64,000 nt of DNA, taken from positions 93,709 to 157,708 of the forward strand of contig DATFMP010000054.1 of the NCBI GenBank assembly GCA_035266845.1. Direction: 5' to 3'. The position numbers were made by a program, and so were the translations under genes. Of this stretch, positions 61,493 through 64,000 are shown one piece after another; the stretch's first letter is position 1, and each line of letters starts with the position of its first letter. Below the pieces are notes generated by a model. It was not told where the DNA came from, did no database searches, and saw nothing but the letters and a program-made list of their open reading frames with translations. This stretch comes from a bacterium (GTDB taxonomy: Bacteria; SAR324; JACQKK01).

Positions 61493-64000
61493 TCACAGCA
61501 GCACGGGCTGATCGGCCAGGTCCGGCTCGCCCAGGCGCCGCAGCATCTCCGCACGCACGCCATCACGCAGGGCTACCGCGGCGTTCCAGCCGTTGTCCTC
61601 CGGCTGGAGCGGCGGGGCCAGTTCCATGCGCACGTGCACGCGGCGCGGCAGCCACTGTCCATCGCGCAGCATGGAGCGCGTTCCGCGCAGCACGACCGGC
61701 ACGATGGGTGCGCCACCCTCCACGGCGGCCTGGAAAGCACCCATGTGGAAGGGCAGCAGCCCCGGGTGCCGGCGGAACGTGCCCTCCGGGAAGAACACGA
61801 GCGAGCGACCCGCCTGGAGGGATGCCCCCACGCGCCGGGCGTCCTCCACCCCACGCTGCTTGTCGAAGCGCTCCACGAACTCCGTGGACAGGCGGCGCAG
61901 GAACCAACGCGAGATGAAGCTACCCACCAGTTCGCGCTTGGCCACGAAGCTCCATAGTCCGGGCAGGCCCGCGACGATCATCAGGCCGTCGGTATAGCTG
62001 GAGTGGTTCACTGCCAGCACACAGGGCCGCTCCCGCGGCAGGTGTTCGAGGCCCTGTACGGTCAGCCGGATGCGGGCCAGCTTCAGCAGCAGCCGCCCCG
62101 CCCCGCGCACGACCGTGAAGCGCGTGGCGGCCCCCGGCAGCAGCACGACCAGCAGCCACGTCGGCAGCGCGATCACCAGCAACAGCGCCCACACGTAGAC
62201 GCCATAGGCCGTGTCCGCCACCACGCGCCAGAGCCGGCGCGTCTGGGGCGCCAGTCCGGCCAGCCAGAGCCGCACCACCTGCAGCCACACGGCGCGCGTG
62301 CCGCCGCGGGTCGCGCCCTGCTCATAGAGCAGGCGGCTGGAGGCACGGCGGATCTTGCCGCTGGAGGTCTTGGGCACGGTGTGGGGCGGCGCCAGCACCA
62401 CGTCGTCCAGCGGTGTGCCGAGCAGGTCCACGGCCAATCCCTCCACCCTCATGCGCAGGGCCTCCAGGCGCTCGGGATCACGCTCGCGGGTCTCGGCCAG
62501 GGCCACCAGGCGCTCGGTGCCCGTGCGCGGATCGGTGCTGCCGAACACGGCCACGCAGCCCTTGCGAACGCCTTCCAACTCCCCGATGGCATCCTCCAGC
62601 TCATGGGGATAGATGTTGCGCCCGGCGCGGATGATGATGTCCTTGCGGCGCCCGGTGAGGAAGACGTCGCCACCGGCGATGTAGGCCATGTCGCCGGAAT
62701 CCAGCCACTCCCCGTGCAGCAGGGCCTTGGTGTCCGTCGCGTTGCGGTAGTAGCCGCTGGTGGCCGAGGGGCCCTTGAACTGCAGCCGCCCTTCCTCGCG
62801 CTCGCCCAGTTCCAGGCCAGCCTCGTTCACGACGCGCACCTCGTGGCCCGGCAGCGGCTGGCCGCAGGCGACGAACTCCAGCGCGTGCGGATCGTCCGCC
62901 GCCGCCAGTTCGGCTCGCCCGGCGTGGTTCAGCGCGTCGCGGGAGATGCGGTCCACCAGCGGGTCGCGCCCCAGCGGCGGGAATGCCAGACCCACTGAGC
63001 ACTCGGCCAGGCCGTAGACCGGCTTCATGGCATCGTGCCGCAGCCCGTACTTCGCAAATCGCTCGGTGAAGCGCCGCAGCGTGCCGGGAATCACCGGCTC
63101 GGCGCCGTTGAAGGCCACGCGCCACGAGCTGAGGTCCAGCCCCGCGAGTTGCTCATCGCTGAGGCGCTTGAGGCACAGCTCGTAGGCGAAGTTGGGACCA
63201 CCGGAAAGCGTGCCGCGGTGCTCATGGATGGCCCACAGCCAGCGCTCCGGGCGCGCCAGAAAGGTGAGCGGCGACATCAGGAACAGCGGCACGGAGAAGT
63301 ACATGCTGCCTAGCCACGCGCCGATGAGCCCCATGTCGTGGTAGAGCGGCAGCCAGCTCACGAACACGTCCGTGGAGTCCGCCTGCAGGCCGCGGCCCAT
63401 TGCGCGGATGTTGGCCAGCAGGTTGTCGTGGGTGAGCACGACACCCTTGGGGTTGCCCGTGCTGCCCGAAGTGTATTGCAGGTGGCCGATGTCCGAGCCC
63501 TGCCCGGCATGCCGGGGCAGCGCCGCCCCCTCGGGGCGCAGCTCGTCCGGGGTGACGATGTGCTGCAGGGAGAGCACCTGCATGCGCAGCAGCCGCGCGG
63601 CGATCTTGGCCTCGGGCACCGTGATGAGGATCGCCGCCCGGGCGTTGTCCAGGATGCCCGCGTGGCGCCGCAGGTGGTCCTCGATCTGCGAAGGCCGCGC
63701 CGGCGGGTAGATGGGCACCGGAATGCCCCCGGCCATCAGCACGCCCATGAAGCTGTGGAAGTACTCCAGGCAGCTTGGCAGCATGATCGCCACGGGCTGC
63801 CCCGGCCGCAGGTCGCGCTCCAGCAGGCCGGCCGCCGTGCGCTGCGCATCGGCGAAGAGGTCGCCATAGGTCATCACCTGCGGCCCGCCATCCTCGCCCA
63901 GCAGCGTGATGTGCGGCCGCTCGGCATGGGCGTTGACGTGCCAGTCCAGCACGTCCATCAGTGTGGCGGCCTGGTCCGGCGCGGCCTCCACGGCGGCCAG
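61493..64000 (-). CDS. fusion protein: N-terminal fatty acyl-AMP ligase / acyl-ACP synthetase, TM segment, C-terminal PlsC-type acyltransferase (5' end at or beyond window edge)
   Basis: YTSGSTGNPKGV AMP-binding motif. NHSSYTD HX4D acyltransferase motif. FFPEGT. The reading frame is open to position 64000. Confidence 0.8.
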   Translation of the reverse strand: MAAVEAAPDQAATLMDVLDWHVNAHAERPHITLLGEDGGPQVMTYGDLFADAQRTAAGLLERDLRPGQPVAIMLPSCLEYFHSFMGVLMAGGIPVPIYPPARPSQIEDHLRRHAGILDNARAAILITVPEAKIAARLLRMQVLSLQHIVTPDELRPEGAALPRHAGQGSDIGHLQYTSGSTGNPKGVVLTHDNLLANIRAMGRGLQADSTDVFVSWLPLYHDMGLIGAWLGSMYFSVPLFLMSPLTFLARPERWLWAIHEHRGTLSGGPNFAYELCLKRLSDEQLAGLDLSSWRVAFNGAEPVIPGTLRRFTERFAKYGLRHDAMKPVYGLAECSVGLAFPPLGRDPLVDRISRDALNHAGRAELAAADDPHALEFVACGQPLPGHEVRVVNEAGLELGEREEGRLQFKGPSATSGYYRNATDTKALLHGEWLDSGDMAYIAGGDVFLTGRRKDIIIRAGRNIYPHELEDAIGELEGVRKGCVAVFGSTDPRTGTERLVALAETRERDPERLEALRMRVEGLAVDLLGTPLDDVVLAPPHTVPKTSSGKIRRASSRLLYEQGATRGGTRAVWLQVVRLWLAGLAPQTRRLWRVVADTAYGVYVWALLLVIALPTWLLVVLLPGAATRFTVVRGAGRLLLKLARIRLTVQGLEHLPRERPCVLAVNHSSYTDGLMIVAGLPGLWSFVAKRELVGSFISRWFLRRLSTEFVERFDKQRGVEDARRVGASLQAGRSLVFFPEGTFRRHPGLLPFHMGAFQAAVEGGAPIVPVVLRGTRSMLRDGQWLPRRVHVRMELAPPLQPEDNGWNAAVALRDGVRAEMLRRLGEPDLADQPVLL

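Overview
This is a high-GC (~70%) chromosomal segment from a Gram-negative (diderm) bacterium: it carries an Omp85-type barrel, lipoproteins and the yceD-rpmF-plsX-fabD-fabG-acpP-fabF cluster. Coding density is high, mostly housekeeping genes. Recognised genes:
- a complete t6A tRNA-modification operon (tsaC 3' end, tsaE, ybaK-like, tsaB, tsaD)
- a TlpA-like thioredoxin, gcvH, the fab cluster without fabH, fmt and era
- a 2-hydroxyacid dehydrogenase, EamA/DMT transporters, qor, a TPP enzyme, an MBL hydrolase and a periplasmic rhodanese
- a K+-dependent-type membrane pyrophosphatase (hppA)
- a DksA-like regulator with a histone-H1-like tail
- an orphan E2 acyltransferase and two tandem branched-chain aminotransferases
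- gatA, rlmN, psd, ftsH, a second fabF paralog, queA, mazG and gloA
- an aldo-keto reductase, an SDR, a patatin lipoprotein, a DSD1/alanine-racemase-fold enzyme, a Kef-type antiporter and a FAAL-PlsC fusion.

No tRNA/rRNA genes, CRISPR arrays, transposases or integrases were recognised.

The most notable findings are:
1. A predicted selenoprotein of the GrdB/PrdB-like reductase family. It has an in-frame TGA, a U-x-x-C motif and a perfect SECIS-like hairpin 10 nt downstream.
2. A ~185-bp multi-hairpin intergenic repeat present in three dispersed copies.
3. A compositionally aberrant (K/N/Y/I/E/D-rich) 616-aa orphan protein with a TTGACA box, strong SD and a textbook terminator.
4. A zinc-less DksA-like protein fused to a ~200-aa AKP-rich histone-H1-like N-terminus.
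5. An hppA with a ~70-aa insertion in a conserved cytoplasmic loop.

All coordinates and calls come from reading the sequence and the ORF track; no searches were run.
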